From: Chloroflexota bacterium
GTDB taxonomy: Bacteria > Chloroflexota > Anaerolineae > Anaerolineales > UBA11579
Reading direction: 5' to 3'
DNA: 64,000 nt
NCBI GenBank assembly: GCA_019456165.1
Contig: VRUJ01000012.1
Span: 115 to 64,114 of the forward strand
How positions within the stretch are numbered: the first letter of the stretch is position 1; each line of letters opens with the position of its first letter. This document shows positions 28,506 to 38,602 of this stretch, one piece after another. A model generated the notes under the pieces. It had not been told where the DNA came from and ran no database searches. It saw nothing but the letters and a program-made list of their open reading frames with translations. The translations under genes and the position numbers were made by a program.

Positions 28506-30374
28506 TTGAAACGTTCAAATCCATTATTAATGTGGCTGCTGATTATTCCTTTGGTAGTTCTTGCTTGCCGCACTTTCATTTCCACCACCCCCGCTGGTAA
28601 ATCCACGACGCCAACCGCAATCTCTTCATCGGTCACGTCACCCTCTCCACCATCATCCTCTCCAACAGCACCCTCTCCAGCTGCAGCATCCTCCAACACC
28701 CCTGTTCCCTCCGCTAACATCGAAGCCCAGGACCCCCAACCAGGCGCAGATGGCATAGGCGATCCTTATTACCCGCAGATGGGCAACGGAGGTTATGACG
28801 TGCAGCATTACACCATCGATTTGATGGTAGATATGCAAGACAATTTCATTTCTGGAACAGTTACCATATCTGCGCTAGCCACTCAAGATCTGAGTAGTTT
28901 TAACCTCGACTTTCTTGGTTTCGAGATCGCCCAAATATCAGTAAATAATCAACCTGTTGAATATAGACGTTCTGAGGGCGAGTTAACTATTACCCCAACT
29001 ATCCCAATTGCGAACACGAGCCCTTTTACCGTCGATATTAATTATTCCGGAATCCCTGGTGAAGGATTACCTCCCGGGCTGGCGGCATACGAAGCCGGCT
29101 GGACTAATTATGGTGATGGAGTAATGGTTGCCGGAGAACCAAGTAGAGCTTCATCCTGGTATCCGGTGAATGGACATCCTTTGGACAAAGCCACCTATAC
29201 CTTCCGGATAACAGTCGCGGAGCCGTACGTAGTAGCCGCTAACGGCTTACTCCAAGAGGTTGTCGATAATGGCGATACCAATACCTATATTTGGGAAAGC
29301 GGAGACCCCATCGCCAGTTATTTGGTAACTCTGGGTATCGCTGAATTTGACCGCGTGACTGAAATTGGACCGGATGGCCTGTTGATCCGCAACTATTTCG
29401 CGACAGATATCCCCAGCCGGACCCGCGATAATTTTAACCGCACAGCAGAGATGATCGAGTATTTCATTACCGTCTTCGGCCCTTATCCATTCGAGGCCTA
29501 CGGTGTGATAGTGCACGATATGAACCTGGGGTTTGCGCTAGAAACCCAGACTTTATCAATATTTGGCAACAGCTTCAATCAAGAGCCGGTTGTAGTGCAC
29601 GAACTTGCCCATATGTGGTTTGGGGACAGCGTCGGGTTGGAGCGCTGGCAAGATATTTGGTTGAACGAGGGGTTCGCCAGTTATGCCAGTGTATTGTGGA
29701 TTGAACACGATCAGGGTGAAGAAGCCGCGGCAAGTGAACTAGGCGGCTATTATGAAGACATGGCATTCACAGAACCCTCAGCTACGTTCTCAAGAGCTGA
29801 AATTGCGGATTTTGTGAATGATTATCCCCTCGATGGCTCAACCCTTTCCGCAGAGCAGGTTTCTGATGCTTTAGAAGCATTGTTAGGCAGCAGCTTATCT
29901 TCAGCTGATCTAGAATCAGCCCTCGATTCGATTCCCAGCAGTGGACTCCCCAGAGAACAAATCCTATCGTTAATCGATGAGATGAGTTTTCGAGATGTAT
30001 TTTTAACCCTTTCACGCCTAAATCAATTCCTGACCATCATTGAGCTGGAAGAGTTTGTTGAAGAAGTCGATTATTATAATCCCCCCCCTGGAAATCCACC
30101 CGCTGATAACCTATTCAGCGGCAGCGTTTATGAGCGCGGAGCTTTGACCCTGCACGCGCTAAGACTTGAAGTTGGAGATGAAGTTTTTTTTGAAATTCTA
30201 AGAACTTATTTTAGCCGATTCCAAAACAGCAATGCTAGCACCACAGATTTTATAGAATTGGCCGAAGAGGTTAGTAGGGAAAACTTAGAAGAGCTATTTG
30301 ATGCCTGGCTCTTTGAACCAACGTTACCCGACATTCCTGAGATGGGCTTATACCTTGAGGATTATTTGCCCTAA
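28506..30374 (+). CDS. M1 family zinc metallopeptidase (aminopeptidase N-like), lipoprotein
   Basis: The HELAHMWFGD and WLNEGFASY gluzincin motifs are present. The N-terminus has a VLAC lipobox and a Ser/Pro-rich linker. Confidence 0.85.
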   Translation: MKRSNPLLMWLLIIPLVVLACRTFISTTPAGKSTTPTAISSSVTSPSPPSSSPTAPSPAAASSNTPVPSANIEAQDPQPGADGIGDPYYPQMGNGGYDVQHYTIDLMVDMQDNFISGTVTISALATQDLSSFNLDFLGFEIAQISVNNQPVEYRRSEGELTITPTIPIANTSPFTVDINYSGIPGEGLPPGLAAYEAGWTNYGDGVMVAGEPSRASSWYPVNGHPLDKATYTFRITVAEPYVVAANGLLQEVVDNGDTNTYIWESGDPIASYLVTLGIAEFDRVTEIGPDGLLIRNYFATDIPSRTRDNFNRTAEMIEYFITVFGPYPFEAYGVIVHDMNLGFALETQTLSIFGNSFNQEPVVVHELAHMWFGDSVGLERWQDIWLNEGFASYASVLWIEHDQGEEAAASELGGYYEDMAFTEPSATFSRAEIADFVNDYPLDGSTLSAEQVSDALEALLGSSLSSADLESALDSIPSSGLPREQILSLIDEMSFRDVFLTLSRLNQFLTIIELEEFVEEVDYYNPPPGNPPADNLFSGSVYERGALTLHALRLEVGDEVFFEILRTYFSRFQNSNASTTDFIELAEEVSRENLEELFDAWLFEPTLPDIPEMGLYLEDYLP

Positions 30375-30388
30375 GGTAATTGTTGTGC

Positions 30389-31870
30389 TCAATCCCCTTC
30401 AACCGCCTTAATAAACTCCGGGACTTGACAGCAAAATACTAATTGTTTCGCAGCTTGAACCTCATCTAAACGTGCAAAGGGAGTGTTGTGCGGTGCTGTT
30501 AGCAGTATTTCCGGATCTGTATGAGCTTCTTCAGCTATCTGCCGCATGGCATCAACAAATGCATCTAAAGTTTCCAGCGTTTCTGTTTCGGTAGGCTCGA
30601 TCATCAAGGCTTCTTTCACGATCAACGGGAAATAATATGTCGGGGGGTGAAAACCAAAGTCCATCAATCTTTTGGCAATATCAAAAGCATGGATATCTGG
30701 CGCATCTGGCCAACGGCCCTCAAACACAAATTCGTGCATACACACTCGATCAAAAGGTAGGTGGTAGATATCCTTCAATTGAGACATCAAGTAATTGGCG
30801 TTTAGCACCGCTCCTTCGGAAACTTCCCGCAAACCAGATGCGCCGTGCATCAAAATATAAGTAAAAGCACGCACAAATATCCCGAAATGCCCATGGAATG
30901 ATTTTACCCGGCCGATGCTCTTTTGAGGTTGCAGAAATCCGTATAAAGGGGGGTTATCATCTGCTCCCTGGTCAATAATTCCCACAATAGGGCCGGGCAA
31001 GAAATCAACCAAATGTTCGGCGACCCCAACTGGTCCAGACCCAGGACCTCCACCACCGTGAGGTGTGGAGAATGTTTTATGCAAGTTGTAATGCAATACA
31101 TCGAATCCTAAATCACCTGGGCGCACAATTCCAAGCAACGCATTCATGTTTGCCCCATCGCCATAAACCAACCCGCCAGCTTCGTGCACAAGTTCGATAA
31201 CTTCTAGGGTTTGTTCCTCAAACAAACCCAAGGTGTTCGGATTTGTCAGCATCAATCCTGCCAAATTTTGGTCGCATTCAGCTCGTAGGGCTTCCAGATC
31301 TACATTGCCGCGTTCGTCGGATGGCAATTCAACCACCTGCATCCCGCTCATTGAGGAAGTGGCTGGATTAGTACCGTGCGCGGAATCAGGTATTAGGATC
31401 TTATTACGCTGGGTTTCCCCGATGGAATGCAGATACTCGCGGATAATTGAAACACCCGTCAATTCACCGTGTGCTCCGGCCGCAGGTTGCAAGGTCACAC
31501 CGGCAAAGCCCCCAATTTCCTTAAGGAACTCTTGCAGCAGATGCATTAGTATTAAACTCCCTTGAACAGTTTCCAAGGGTTGCAGCGGGTGCACGTGTGC
31601 AAACCCAGGTAAGCGCGCCGCCTGTTCATTGATCTTAGGGTTATACTTCATCGTACAGGAACCTAGAGGGTAAAAGCCTGTATCTACCCCATGATTAAGT
31701 TGGGATAGGCGTGTGAAATGGCGAATGACTTCTGGCTCGCTCACTTCAGGAAGGGGTAATTCTTTGCGTAAAAACTTTTCGGGCAAGTCCGTGTGCGGCA
31801 CGTCAGGTTCTGGAAAACGAACTCCCCGCCGCCCTAGTGAAGAAAGATCGTATATCAACGGCTCAACCAT
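30389..31870 (-). CDS. gcvPB: glycine dehydrogenase (decarboxylating) subunit 2
   Basis: It is a full-length GcvPB-like sequence ([27 protein letters not shown] with the PLP lysine). The ATG overlaps the gcvPA stop (ATGGTTGA) and follows GGAGGTG. Confidence 0.9.
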   Translation of the reverse strand: MVEPLIYDLSSLGRRGVRFPEPDVPHTDLPEKFLRKELPLPEVSEPEVIRHFTRLSQLNHGVDTGFYPLGSCTMKYNPKINEQAARLPGFAHVHPLQPLETVQGSLILMHLLQEFLKEIGGFAGVTLQPAAGAHGELTGVSIIREYLHSIGETQRNKILIPDSAHGTNPATSSMSGMQVVELPSDERGNVDLEALRAECDQNLAGLMLTNPNTLGLFEEQTLEVIELVHEAGGLVYGDGANMNALLGIVRPGDLGFDVLHYNLHKTFSTPHGGGGPGSGPVGVAEHLVDFLPGPIVGIIDQGADDNPPLYGFLQPQKSIGRVKSFHGHFGIFVRAFTYILMHGASGLREVSEGAVLNANYLMSQLKDIYHLPFDRVCMHEFVFEGRWPDAPDIHAFDIAKRLMDFGFHPPTYYFPLIVKEALMIEPTETETLETLDAFVDAMRQIAEEAHTDPEILLTAPHNTPFARLDEVQAAKQLVFCCQVPEFIKAVEGD

Positions 31871-33206
31871 GAGGCACCTCCGCCAATACACTGACAAGAT
31901 AATCGATCTCATCTTGTGAATTAGTCTCTGTGACCGCGAATAGCAAACAGTCTGCTAGTTCCGGAGAATCCAATCCTAGATCGTAGCCGCCAATTATGTC
32001 ATGTTCCAGTAGATCCTGATTAATTTCGGCGGCTGGACGCGGCCCGCGCATTACAAATTCATGGAAGAAAGGTTCGCTGGACCAAAGTTCAAAACCGGGT
32101 AATTTTGCGATCTGGTCAGCCGTATAATGCGCCTTTTGGTAACATAATTCAGCGACCTCACGCAAACCTTGTTTACCCAATACGCTAAGATAAACTGTTG
32201 CCGCCAAGGTCATAAGCCCCTGGTTGGTACAGATATTGGAACTCGCCTTTTCTCGGCGGATGTGCTGCTCACGCGTACTCAAGGTAAGCACAAAACCGCG
32301 CTGTCCATTAGTATCTGTCGTTTCGCCGACAAGCCTGCCCGCCAGGCTGCGTACGTAATTCTGCCTGGTCGCTAAAATACCAAGATATGGGCCGCCATAA
32401 GAAAGCGGGATGCCTAAAGGTTGTCCCTCTCCTGTTACGATGTCGGCTCCAAAATCGCCGGGGGGTTTGAGCATGCCAAGGGATGTAGGGTTTACTGAAA
32501 CTGCTAGCAATGAGCCAGCTTCATGGACAGTTTCAGCTAAGGCAGCATAATCATAAATGCGGCCAAAAAAGTCTGGGTACTGGACGTAAACTAGAGCAGT
32601 ATCCTCATCCAGATATTCCAATAATGCTTCCGGACCTGAGCTTAAATCAAGATCCTCACCCACAAAGGTTGTGTCAGAACCCAATGCATAGGTTTTTAAT
32701 GTCGCCCGATATTGGGGGTGTAACGATGGAGAAAGAATCACTTTGCTGCGCTTGTTGCGATGGATCAAGCGTGCCATATTGACAGCTTCTGCTGCAGCGG
32801 TAGCTCCATCGTAATGCGAGGCGTTGGAGACTTCCATCCCGGTAAGGTATGTAATTAAACTTTGGTATTCAAATACAGCCTGCAGTGTGCCTTGAGAAAT
32901 TTCTGGTTGATATGGCGTATAAGCGGTATAAAATTCTCCACGAGATAAAACCGCATCTACAGCCGCAGGAATATAGTGGCTATACGCACCAGCCCCTAAA
33001 AATGAGGGCATTTCACTGGGATTCTCATTTGCTGAGGCAATTTCCTGTAGATCTGCCAATACTTCAATCTCTGTAAGTGCATCCGGGAGATCTAGAGCTG
33101 GATAGCGGTATTTTTCAGGTACAACCTCAAACAGTTCTTCGATTGACCTAGCCCCGATCTTCTTCAACATCGAGGTGCGGTTTGCGTCAGTTTGCGGGTG
33201 AAACAT
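31863..33206 (-). CDS. gcvPA: glycine dehydrogenase (decarboxylating) subunit 1
   Basis: It looks collinear with GcvPA over its full length ([26 protein letters not shown]). Confidence 0.9.
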   Translation of the reverse strand: MFHPQTDANRTSMLKKIGARSIEELFEVVPEKYRYPALDLPDALTEIEVLADLQEIASANENPSEMPSFLGAGAYSHYIPAAVDAVLSRGEFYTAYTPYQPEISQGTLQAVFEYQSLITYLTGMEVSNASHYDGATAAAEAVNMARLIHRNKRSKVILSPSLHPQYRATLKTYALGSDTTFVGEDLDLSSGPEALLEYLDEDTALVYVQYPDFFGRIYDYAALAETVHEAGSLLAVSVNPTSLGMLKPPGDFGADIVTGEGQPLGIPLSYGGPYLGILATRQNYVRSLAGRLVGETTDTNGQRGFVLTLSTREQHIRREKASSNICTNQGLMTLAATVYLSVLGKQGLREVAELCYQKAHYTADQIAKLPGFELWSSEPFFHEFVMRGPRPAAEINQDLLEHDIIGGYDLGLDSPELADCLLFAVTETNSQDEIDYLVSVLAEVPHG

Positions 33207-33208
33207 AC

Positions 33209-33598
33209 TTAACTGCGCTCCTTGGTATTGGTTTCGTAATCAGAGGCATTCATCAACCCATCAAGCTCACTCGAGTCTGCGATCTCTATCTTGACCAGCC
33301 ATCCTGCCCCATAGGGATCACTATTAACTAATTCGGGAGTCTCCAGCAAATCTTCATTGACTTCCAAGATTTTCCCACCGATGGGTAGAAATAGATCAGA
33401 AGCTGCTTTAACAGATTCCACCGTGCCGAATACCTCACCTTTTTCCCCAGATTCGCCTTCCGTGAGAGTTATTTCAAGGTAGACGATATCTGATAGCTGA
33501 TCCTGGGCAAAATCTGTAATACCAATAGTTCCTGTATTGCCATCTACTTGGACCCATTCGTCTTCTTTAGAATATTTCAATTCAGATGGAAAATTCAT
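33209..33598 (-). CDS. gcvH: glycine cleavage system H protein
   Basis: The 129-aa protein has the lipoyl-lysine motif VESVKAASD and GAGWLVKI. Confidence 0.9.
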   Translation of the reverse strand: MNFPSELKYSKEDEWVQVDGNTGTIGITDFAQDQLSDIVYLEITLTEGESGEKGEVFGTVESVKAASDLFLPIGGKILEVNEDLLETPELVNSDPYGAGWLVKIEIADSSELDGLMNASDYETNTKERS

Positions 33599-33623
33599 TT
33601 GACTGCCTCCAGGTTATTTATCC

Positions 33624-33660
33624 AAAAGAAAAAGGGCGCATACCTATAGAGCATGCGCCC
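33624..33660 (-). terminator. intrinsic terminator forming the expression platform of the glycine riboswitch
   Basis: The reverse strand reads GGGCGCAT-(11-nt loop)-ATGCGCCC followed by TTTTTCTTTT. It lies between the second aptamer and the gcvH RBS. Confidence 0.7.
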
Positions 33661-33860
33661 TCTGTCGTAAACCTGAGAGATTCGCACCGTTTACCGGTAC
33701 TTGCCCCTTCGGTGTCTGGGTAAAACCTTCTTCCCCAGACTTTCCAGAGGTGTAAGCGGAAACAGGGTCCTTTTTACCTGAGAGTTTCGAGAGGCGTTGT
33801 CACTGCCTCACTTGCCCCTTCGGTGTCCAGCATAAGCTGGCTCTCTCCCCTGTTTCCGTT
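33661..33860 (-). promoter_or_regulatory. tandem glycine riboswitch (two aptamers)
   Basis: The reverse strand contains GGGGAGAGAGCC...ACACCGAAGGGGCAAG...CTCTCAGG enclosed by the P1 helix CGGAAACAGGG/CCCTGTTTCCG. A second aptamer follows: CTCTGGAAAG...ACACCGAAGGGGCAAG...CTCTCAGG. Confidence 0.9.
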
Positions 33861-33874
33861 CGATTGTAAGTTTC

Positions 33875-33903
33875 ATTCTATATTGCTGGCTAGAAAAAGT
33901 CAA
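33875..33903 (-). promoter_or_regulatory. promoter TTGACT-17-TAGAAT of the riboswitch-gcvH-PA-PB transcript
   Basis: The hexamers were read on the reverse strand, just upstream of aptamer 1. Confidence 0.45.
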
Positions 33904-34058
33904 GCTCAATTGATAATTTCATTATAAATATAATTTTCAAATTATCAATAATAAACAATTAATTGGTCATGGATTTCTCTTTATAAATATTGTAAATCAG
34001 GTATAATCAAAATATTGTCCTTGAGATCCTTTACAATACTTCAACGGAGGAGTTAAAG

Positions 34059-34508
34059 ATGGAAGATATTCTCGGAATTTTATCGTCTCTAATTTGTCTT
34101 ATAGCATTTATTTGTGCATGGATCATTCCAATTGCAAGTTTAGGTGCACTGATTTACCTAGTCAAACAAACGAAACAAGCAGAAGCTGAAACGAAAATCG
34201 AAATACAAAGACTAGTGCAATCTTTACCTCAGGAAAGTCAAACTGGGTTTTTTATTCATTTTACTTCTCAGAAAAAAGATCCAACTATTGCAGTTGTCTT
34301 GGCTTTACTCTTGGGGGGGCTCGGTGCTCATAAGTTTTATCTCGGTGAAACAGGTTTGGGAATTTTATATTTAGTTTTCTCGTGGACTTTAATCCCCTAT
34401 ATTATTGGTTTCTTTGAAGCTTTTACAATGACAAAAAAGATCCATGAAATAAATCTAGAAATTGCCCGGGAATCGGCTGCAATGGTTGGTGGAACTTTAC
34501 ATTTCTAA
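34059..34508 (+). CDS. TM2 domain-containing membrane protein
   Basis: The TM2 signature is present: [28 protein letters not shown]. Confidence 0.7.
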   Translation: MEDILGILSSLICLIAFICAWIIPIASLGALIYLVKQTKQAEAETKIEIQRLVQSLPQESQTGFFIHFTSQKKDPTIAVVLALLLGGLGAHKFYLGETGLGILYLVFSWTLIPYIIGFFEAFTMTKKIHEINLEIARESAAMVGGTLHF

Positions 34509-34535
34509 AATTCAGAAATTCCAGATAAGTTCAAA

Positions 34536-34562
34536 AGCCTCAGCTGTAACTGGGGCTTTTTG
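34536..34562 (+). terminator. intrinsic terminator
   Basis: AGCCTCAG-ctgtaa-CTGGGGCT is followed by TTTTTG, 28 nt after the stop codon. Confidence 0.6.
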
Positions 34563-34679
34563 TGATATTAACATAATTTTTTCGTACATGCATAGAGAAG
34601 AGTGCTTTAGTAAGATTGCCTGAATCTTAAAGTGATGAGATTTACTTAACCTAATTGCGCTTGTGAAATTGGAAATTTC

Positions 34680-35108
34680 TCAGCCCAATTTTTCACGCAC
34701 AAACTCCCAATCACCTACTAAATAGTAACGGAAATCTTCACCCTGGTTTGCTTGGATTCCGCCGACCACAGCATAAACAATTCCAGCAAGTGGAATTAAA
34801 GAGAGTATGCAGGTAAATGGGATACAAATTAGCCCGATCAAAACCATAGATAATAACCAGGTAGCTCCCCAAGCAATACCGACTAGTACTCCAATTCCCA
34901 GCAATATAAGTTGGAAGATCAAAGCTTGAAATGAATGATAGGCGACAAATTTCGAGCGATCCTTATACATGATGTAAATGACCAAAGCAATCACTGCCCC
35001 AAGGAATCCAGTGAAGAGGTTTACTAGAACAGAGAGGTGGGCCAACATGGCCCATAAACGTTCATCGGATTCGGAGAGAGGTTCAACTTGTGAGACCACT
35101 ATGCCCAT
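34680..35108 (-). CDS. DUF4870 domain-containing membrane protein
   Basis: The pattern ERLWAMLAHLSVL...HSFQALIFQL is typical of DUF4870. Confidence 0.65.
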   Translation of the reverse strand: MGIVVSQVEPLSESDERLWAMLAHLSVLVNLFTGFLGAVIALVIYIMYKDRSKFVAYHSFQALIFQLILLGIGVLVGIAWGATWLLSMVLIGLICIPFTCILSLIPLAGIVYAVVGGIQANQGEDFRYYLVGDWEFVREKLG

Positions 35109-35416
35109 CCTTGATTCTTAACAAAATCTGATATTAGAGGAATATTCACCATTTCACCCTGGTATGCTTGATATGCCCAGTAAAACATTACTAACCATAC
35201 GACTACCCCACAACCTAAGGTGAATGGGATTATTATAAATGAGATCAATAGCCCTGCGACCAACGCCTGAAAGTTATGGGCACGAATATAAGGGCGGTCT
35301 TTCTTGTCTTCGAGTAATAATAAAATAACGGGGACCAAGGGGGAAAACACATAAGCCAAAGCTGCCCATAAGCGGTCATCACTTGAGACATCTGTTGTAG
35401 ATTGTTTTTCTGACAT
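35099..35416 (-). CDS. DUF4870 domain-containing membrane protein (paralog)
   Basis: It shows DRLWAALAYVFSPL...RAHNFQALVAGL. It overlaps the downstream paralog by 10 nt. Confidence 0.65.
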   Translation of the reverse strand: MSEKQSTTDVSSDDRLWAALAYVFSPLVPVILLLLEDKKDRPYIRAHNFQALVAGLLISFIIIPFTLGCGVVVWLVMFYWAYQAYQGEMVNIPLISDFVKNQGWA

Positions 35417-35601
35417 ATTATTTAGCCTCCAGAGCTAATAAAAGTTCATTGAGTATTATCATTCCATAATATTGTAAACCAAATCGTATTATCTTGCATG
35501 ATTTTGTTGTTTATTATTGTAACCCCTCCGAGAATAAAAGGTTTCGTAAGTGTAGAATTCCAATATTTCACCCCCTCGGAGAGATGTGCTAAAATCAGTT
35601 G

Positions 35602-36519
35602 ATGCAAACTAGAATCGTTTTCATGGGATCTCCTGAGTTCTCCATCCCATCTCTCAAGATATTGGCGGAAAATCACCATGTCGTTGGAGTCGTCACTCAA
35701 CCAGACCGGAGAGCTGGACGAGGCAGGGAGATGAGGTCGCCCCCGGTAAAAGTTCTTGCCAATGATCTTCGCTTGCCGATCATCCAGCCTCCACGATTGC
35801 GTGATCCTGAAGTCTTGCAGAAACTCTCTAATTGGAAACCAGATTTAATTGTTGTAGCTGCTTACGGTCAAATTCTCAGAAAGGATATATTAGAACTGCC
35901 ACCGCACGGCTGTCTAAATGTGCATGCGTCATTGCTGCCGCGCTGGCGAGGAGCTGCACCCATCCAGGCGGCTATTTTAAACGGTGATGATGCAAGCGGA
36001 GCGACGATCATGCTGATGGATCCAGGGGTTGATACAGGCCCGATTATCAGCCAACGCTCGGTTTCGATAGAAGACACAGATACTGCTGGAACGCTCAGCC
36101 CCCGGCTCGCTCAATTAGGTGCAGATTTACTAATTGAAACCATACCCGCCTACCTGGATGGAGATTTAAAACCCTATCCGCAGGAAGACCCCCTGGCCAG
36201 CTCAGCGCCAATGCTTGCCAAAGCAGATGGCAAATTGGATTTCAGCCAAGCCGCGCAGGAACTAGAGCGCCGTGTGCGGGCTTTCAACCCCTGGCCCGGC
36301 ACTTTCACTCTTTTCCAGGAAAAGAGTTTAAAAATCCACCGCGCTCGCGCTGAAGCCAGCACATCTCTCAATCCAGGTCAACCAGGAATCCACAATGATC
36401 TACCTGCGATTGGAACTTCACAAGGAATGTTGGTGTTGAAAGAAGTCCAACCTGCAGGCAAAAAGCCGATGCCAGGAGATGTGTTTTTACGCGGGGCAAG
36501 AGGATGGGTAGAATTTTAA
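35602..36519 (+). CDS. fmt: methionyl-tRNA formyltransferase
   Basis: Motifs IVFMGSPEF, VVTQPDRRAGRG and LNVHASLLPRWRGAAPIQ are present, together with the C-terminal domain. Confidence 0.9.
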   Translation: MQTRIVFMGSPEFSIPSLKILAENHHVVGVVTQPDRRAGRGREMRSPPVKVLANDLRLPIIQPPRLRDPEVLQKLSNWKPDLIVVAAYGQILRKDILELPPHGCLNVHASLLPRWRGAAPIQAAILNGDDASGATIMLMDPGVDTGPIISQRSVSIEDTDTAGTLSPRLAQLGADLLIETIPAYLDGDLKPYPQEDPLASSAPMLAKADGKLDFSQAAQELERRVRAFNPWPGTFTLFQEKSLKIHRARAEASTSLNPGQPGIHNDLPAIGTSQGMLVLKEVQPAGKKPMPGDVFLRGARGWVEF

Positions 36520-36557
36520 TAATTGTACTAACACGATCGAGTAGTTTTCAGTGATAG

Positions 36558-36579
36558 ACAAGGGGTTTAAACCCCTTGT
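36558..36579 (+). terminator. intrinsic terminator (perfect palindrome ACAAGGGGTTT/AAACCCCTTGT)
   Basis: It was read directly. A T-rich run follows it, and it lies 39 nt after the fmt stop. Confidence 0.55.
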
Positions 36580-36672
36580 TATTTACAATGAAACCTAAAT
36601 GCACATAATTATTCTGGTTTTAGGTAAGTCCAAAAAAATATTTGTTGACCAAATTAATTAAAGGAGATAATA

Positions 36673-37302
36673 ATGAACTCAAAAAAATTGGTGGTTGAAT
36701 TCATAGGCACCTTCGCCCTCATTTTCATCGGGGCTGGTGCAGTATCATTGGGTGCCAGTCTCGTTGAGGTTGCCTTAGCTCACGGTTTAGTGGTCGCCGT
36801 CTTCGCATATGCCTATGGACCAGTTTCCGGTTCACACATCAACCCGGCAGTAACTTTCGGGGTCGCTCTGTACGGAAAAATCAGCTGGAGGGATGCTGTT
36901 GGCTACTGGGTCGCTCAATTTCTTGGCGGAATCGCCGGCGCGGCAGCTTTGGTTTTCGTACTTGGGGGCAGTTCCAGCGGGTTGGGAGCAACGACAGTGG
37001 CAGAGCCATTCTCCAACCTTCAAGGTCTGACTGTTGAAGCAATATTAACATTTCTGCTTGTAAATACTGTCCTGCGCACTGCGGTGAAAGGCGAAGGTGG
37101 CAATATGGCCGGATTGGCCATCGGTCTTACCCTGACCCTGAGCATATTAATGGGCGGGCCAGTAACCGGTGCATCTCTAAATCCGGCACGAACGCTTGGG
37201 CCGGCAATATTTACGGATAACCTGGATTCATTCTGGATCTATTTATCTGGCACTTTTATCGGGGCTGCGCTGGCCGCCGGAGTCTCAAAATACCTGGATT
37301 AA
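36673..37302 (+). CDS. MIP family channel (aquaporin-like)
   Basis: Two NPA boxes are present (SGSHINPAVT and GASLNPARTLGP) within six predicted TM segments. Confidence 0.85.
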   Translation: MNSKKLVVEFIGTFALIFIGAGAVSLGASLVEVALAHGLVVAVFAYAYGPVSGSHINPAVTFGVALYGKISWRDAVGYWVAQFLGGIAGAAALVFVLGGSSSGLGATTVAEPFSNLQGLTVEAILTFLLVNTVLRTAVKGEGGNMAGLAIGLTLTLSILMGGPVTGASLNPARTLGPAIFTDNLDSFWIYLSGTFIGAALAAGVSKYLD

Positions 37303-37318
37303 TTGGGATGATGCACCT

Positions 37319-38602
37319 TTGTACGAAATAACATTCCTAAGGCATGGAGAATCTGTCGGCAATGCGGATGGCTACCATCAAGGACAGTCAGAGTTTGAAC
37401 TGACCGAGACCGGTCGCGAGCAAGCCCACACCCTGGCGCAAAGATGGCAGCATGAAGGCCGAAAATTCGACTATATGATCGCCAGTCCCTTATCCCGTGC
37501 CAAGCAAACTGCTGAGATCATCGCCGAATCGCTTGACCTGAAACTTGAATTCGATCCAATCTGGGTAGAGCGAGATAATGGTATCCTGGCAGGCTTGAAA
37601 TTTGAAGAAGGAAACACCATCCACCCGCGACCAGACTTCGTCCCACTCTACTTTCCCACAGGAGAAACTGGAGAAAGTCAATGGTCGTTGTACTTGCGTG
37701 CCGCAGAAGCCGTTCAAAGTCTTATGCGCCAGACTCCTGCACGTTATCTGGTTGTTTCCCACGGTGGTTTGCTGAACATGGTTATGCATGTGGTTTTGGG
37801 AATGGCGCCACAAGCTAATTTTCAGGGTATGAATTTCAGGTCAACCAACACAGGCTTCGCAACTTTTACCTATAATCCAGCAACCTCTCGCTGGTGGGTA
37901 AAATCCATCAATGACCATCAGCATCTTGAAATTCAGCAGTCCTCTACCGGGACTCACCAAATCTGGCTTCTGCGGCACGGAGAATCTGAAGGCAATATCA
38001 AGAAAGTCTTCCAAGGTCAAACAGACTATCAACTGACCCTAGAAGGGAAAAAGCAAGCCCATGCTCTCGCTTTGCGTTGGAAACGGGAGGAAGAATCTTT
38101 TGATCACATAATCACCAGCCCCCTTTCCCGCGCTCACGAAACGGCCCAAATTATTGCAGACCAACTAAAATCTCCGTTAGAAGTAGACCCTGCCTGGCTT
38201 GAAGTCGACGCTGGAGGATTATCCGGGTTGAATTCGGCCGAGATTGATAGTTTCCCTGAACATCCTGATGAAATAAGTCTTTTTGACCCCGTCGGAATTA
38301 CCGGTGAGAGTTGGTTGGAGCTTTACCTTAGGGCTGGAAAAGCCATGCAAAGGATAATTTCACAGCCCCCAGGAAAATATCTAATAGTTTCGCATGGAAT
38401 GGTGCTGGGCGCAGCCCTTTCTGGTATATTAGGGATCCAACCCCAACCACACCGCCATAATCCGGGTTTCGATCTTGGTAATTCTTCATTTGCAAAAGTG
38501 ACCTATGAACCTGAGCGGAATTCGTGGCGTTTTATGCGTTTCGGCGACCAGGCTCATTTACAATTGAAAGGTAGGTTAGTAGGAGATGACAGTCTCAAAT
38601 AA
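37319..38602 (+). CDS. tandem-domain histidine phosphatase (two phosphoglycerate-mutase-like domains in one polypeptide)
   Basis: There are two complete copies of the family pattern: FLRHGESVGN...SPLSRAKQTAEII...VSHGGLL and LLRHGESEGN...SPLSRAHETAQII...VSHGMVL. The start is uncertain. I chose the in-frame TTG just after the aquaporin stop; the track ORF begins at 37196. Confidence 0.7.
   Translation: MYEITFLRHGESVGNADGYHQGQSEFELTETGREQAHTLAQRWQHEGRKFDYMIASPLSRAKQTAEIIAESLDLKLEFDPIWVERDNGILAGLKFEEGNTIHPRPDFVPLYFPTGETGESQWSLYLRAAEAVQSLMRQTPARYLVVSHGGLLNMVMHVVLGMAPQANFQGMNFRSTNTGFATFTYNPATSRWWVKSINDHQHLEIQQSSTGTHQIWLLRHGESEGNIKKVFQGQTDYQLTLEGKKQAHALALRWKREEESFDHIITSPLSRAHETAQIIADQLKSPLEVDPAWLEVDAGGLSGLNSAEIDSFPEHPDEISLFDPVGITGESWLELYLRAGKAMQRIISQPPGKYLIVSHGMVLGAALSGILGIQPQPHRHNPGFDLGNSSFAKVTYEPERNSWRFMRFGDQAHLQLKGRLVGDDSLK

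Noticed and set aside
35446-35700. An 84-aa minus-strand ORF lies upstream of the DUF4870 pair.
   Set aside because: It overlaps the fmt start region, has no RBS and has no family resemblance. It is probably intergenic or promoter DNA.
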